DNA from: Antedon mediterranea
Lineage: Eukaryota > Animalia > Echinodermata
Assembly: GCF_964355755.1 (NCBI RefSeq)
Contig: NC_092679.1
Coordinates: forward strand, 18,831,432-18,895,431
Direction of reading: 5' to 3'
Length of the DNA: 64,000 nucleotides
Position 1 is the first letter of the stretch, and every line of letters starts with the position of its first letter. The notes under the pieces are model-generated. The model was given only the letters and a program-made list of their open reading frames with translations. It was not told the origin of the DNA and ran no database searches. Positions 63,294-64,000 of this stretch are shown here, piece by piece. The position numbers and the translations under genes are program-made.

Positions 63294-64000
63294 ATGGCGT
63301 TATCAGATGAACGAGAACGCAAGTCCACTATCAAGGGACAAGAATATGCAACCGAAATGAAGTATAAAGCTCTTGGTATAGCCTGGAAGAACCTACAGAG
63401 GAGTTCGGAGGAGCTGAGAAACTATATGAATGAGAATCCGCCAGTGACGGAAGCAAGATTACGATACACAAAGTGGATGACTTCTTATGAAGCATTCATC
63501 CTGGCTAATGACCAATATTGCAACACACTTAATGAAGATGCCCTGCAAGATCATGACAATGATTGGTTTTGTGAAAAAACTGTTTATGCAGAAAATAGAA
63601 AGTCGGAAGCAGAAAAGTGGTTCTTGAGTAAGGAAGTAGTACAGCCTGTGGCAAGGAAGGCAAAGACATCCAAGTCTCGTAGTAGTATGGGATCTGTGGC
63701 TAGAAGACAGGAAGAATTGAAGCGGTTAGAAGAATTGAAGAAGCAGAGTCGGATTCTGAAAGAAAAACAGGAAAGTGAGAAGAAAGTCAAACTGTTGGAA
63801 ATCGAACTAGAGCAAGAGAAAGAGAGAAATGCTCTAGATAAGGAAATGGCAAGGTCAGAGGCCAGACAAGAGATGCTAGAAGAACTGGAAGCTGAAGAAA
63901 TTTCTCTTAGTCAAGATTTGGAGGAAGAAGAAGCAAGCAGTTTGAGTGGGCCATCGTCAGGCGATGACCAGTCCTCCGTGAAGCAAACTGCAAGGATACC
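63294..64000 (+). CDS. Retrotransposon polyprotein N-terminus (Bel/Pao gag-like), runs off the window
   Basis: Intronless ORF, open for over 235 codons: MALSDERERKSTIKGQEY..., then an Ser-rich 'SKSRSSMGS' stretch, then an E/K/R coiled coil. This architecture is typical of Bel/Pao N-termini. It is missing from the ORF track, probably because it has no stop codon within the window. Confidence 0.65.
   Translation, partial: MALSDERERKSTIKGQEYATEMKYKALGIAWKNLQRSSEELRNYMNENPPVTEARLRYTKWMTSYEAFILANDQYCNTLNEDALQDHDNDWFCEKTVYAENRKSEAEKWFLSKEVVQPVARKAKTSKSRSSMGSVARRQEELKRLEELKKQSRILKEKQESEKKVKLLEIELEQEKERNALDKEMARSEARQEMLEELEAEEISLSQDLEEEEASSLSGPSSGDDQSSVKQTARI

Overview
AT-rich, intron-containing animal genomic DNA; an invertebrate deuterostome or other marine invertebrate is plausible, but the taxon cannot be fixed from the sequence. 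Spliced gene models were assembled by hand from GT/AG sites and reading phase. Recognised genes: FRMD8/iTAP (+), SRP14 (-) head-to-head with SAE1 (+), RRP36 (-), MRPL11 (-) head-to-head with SF3B2 (+), and a C3orf14/CEP15-like gene (-). Three secreted or membrane genes have no family I recognise with confidence. Two of them (17979-19575 + and 22639-25651 -) are tail-to-tail paralogs that share a 6-Cys module (NQxC[EQ]P[FL][LI]GxxC...Cx4CxQLQCx4C) and acidic low-complexity tracts; neither module appears in the ORF track. The window also holds many non-autonomous DNA transposons (PIF/Harbinger MITEs, Kolobok-like elements, a foldback MULE with a 9-bp TSD), tRNA-derived SINE fragments, two minimal hammerhead-ribozyme motifs, two intronic 20-bp satellites, and the 5' end of a Bel/Pao-like LTR retrotransposon at the right edge. 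All family names come from recalled similarity and need database confirmation.
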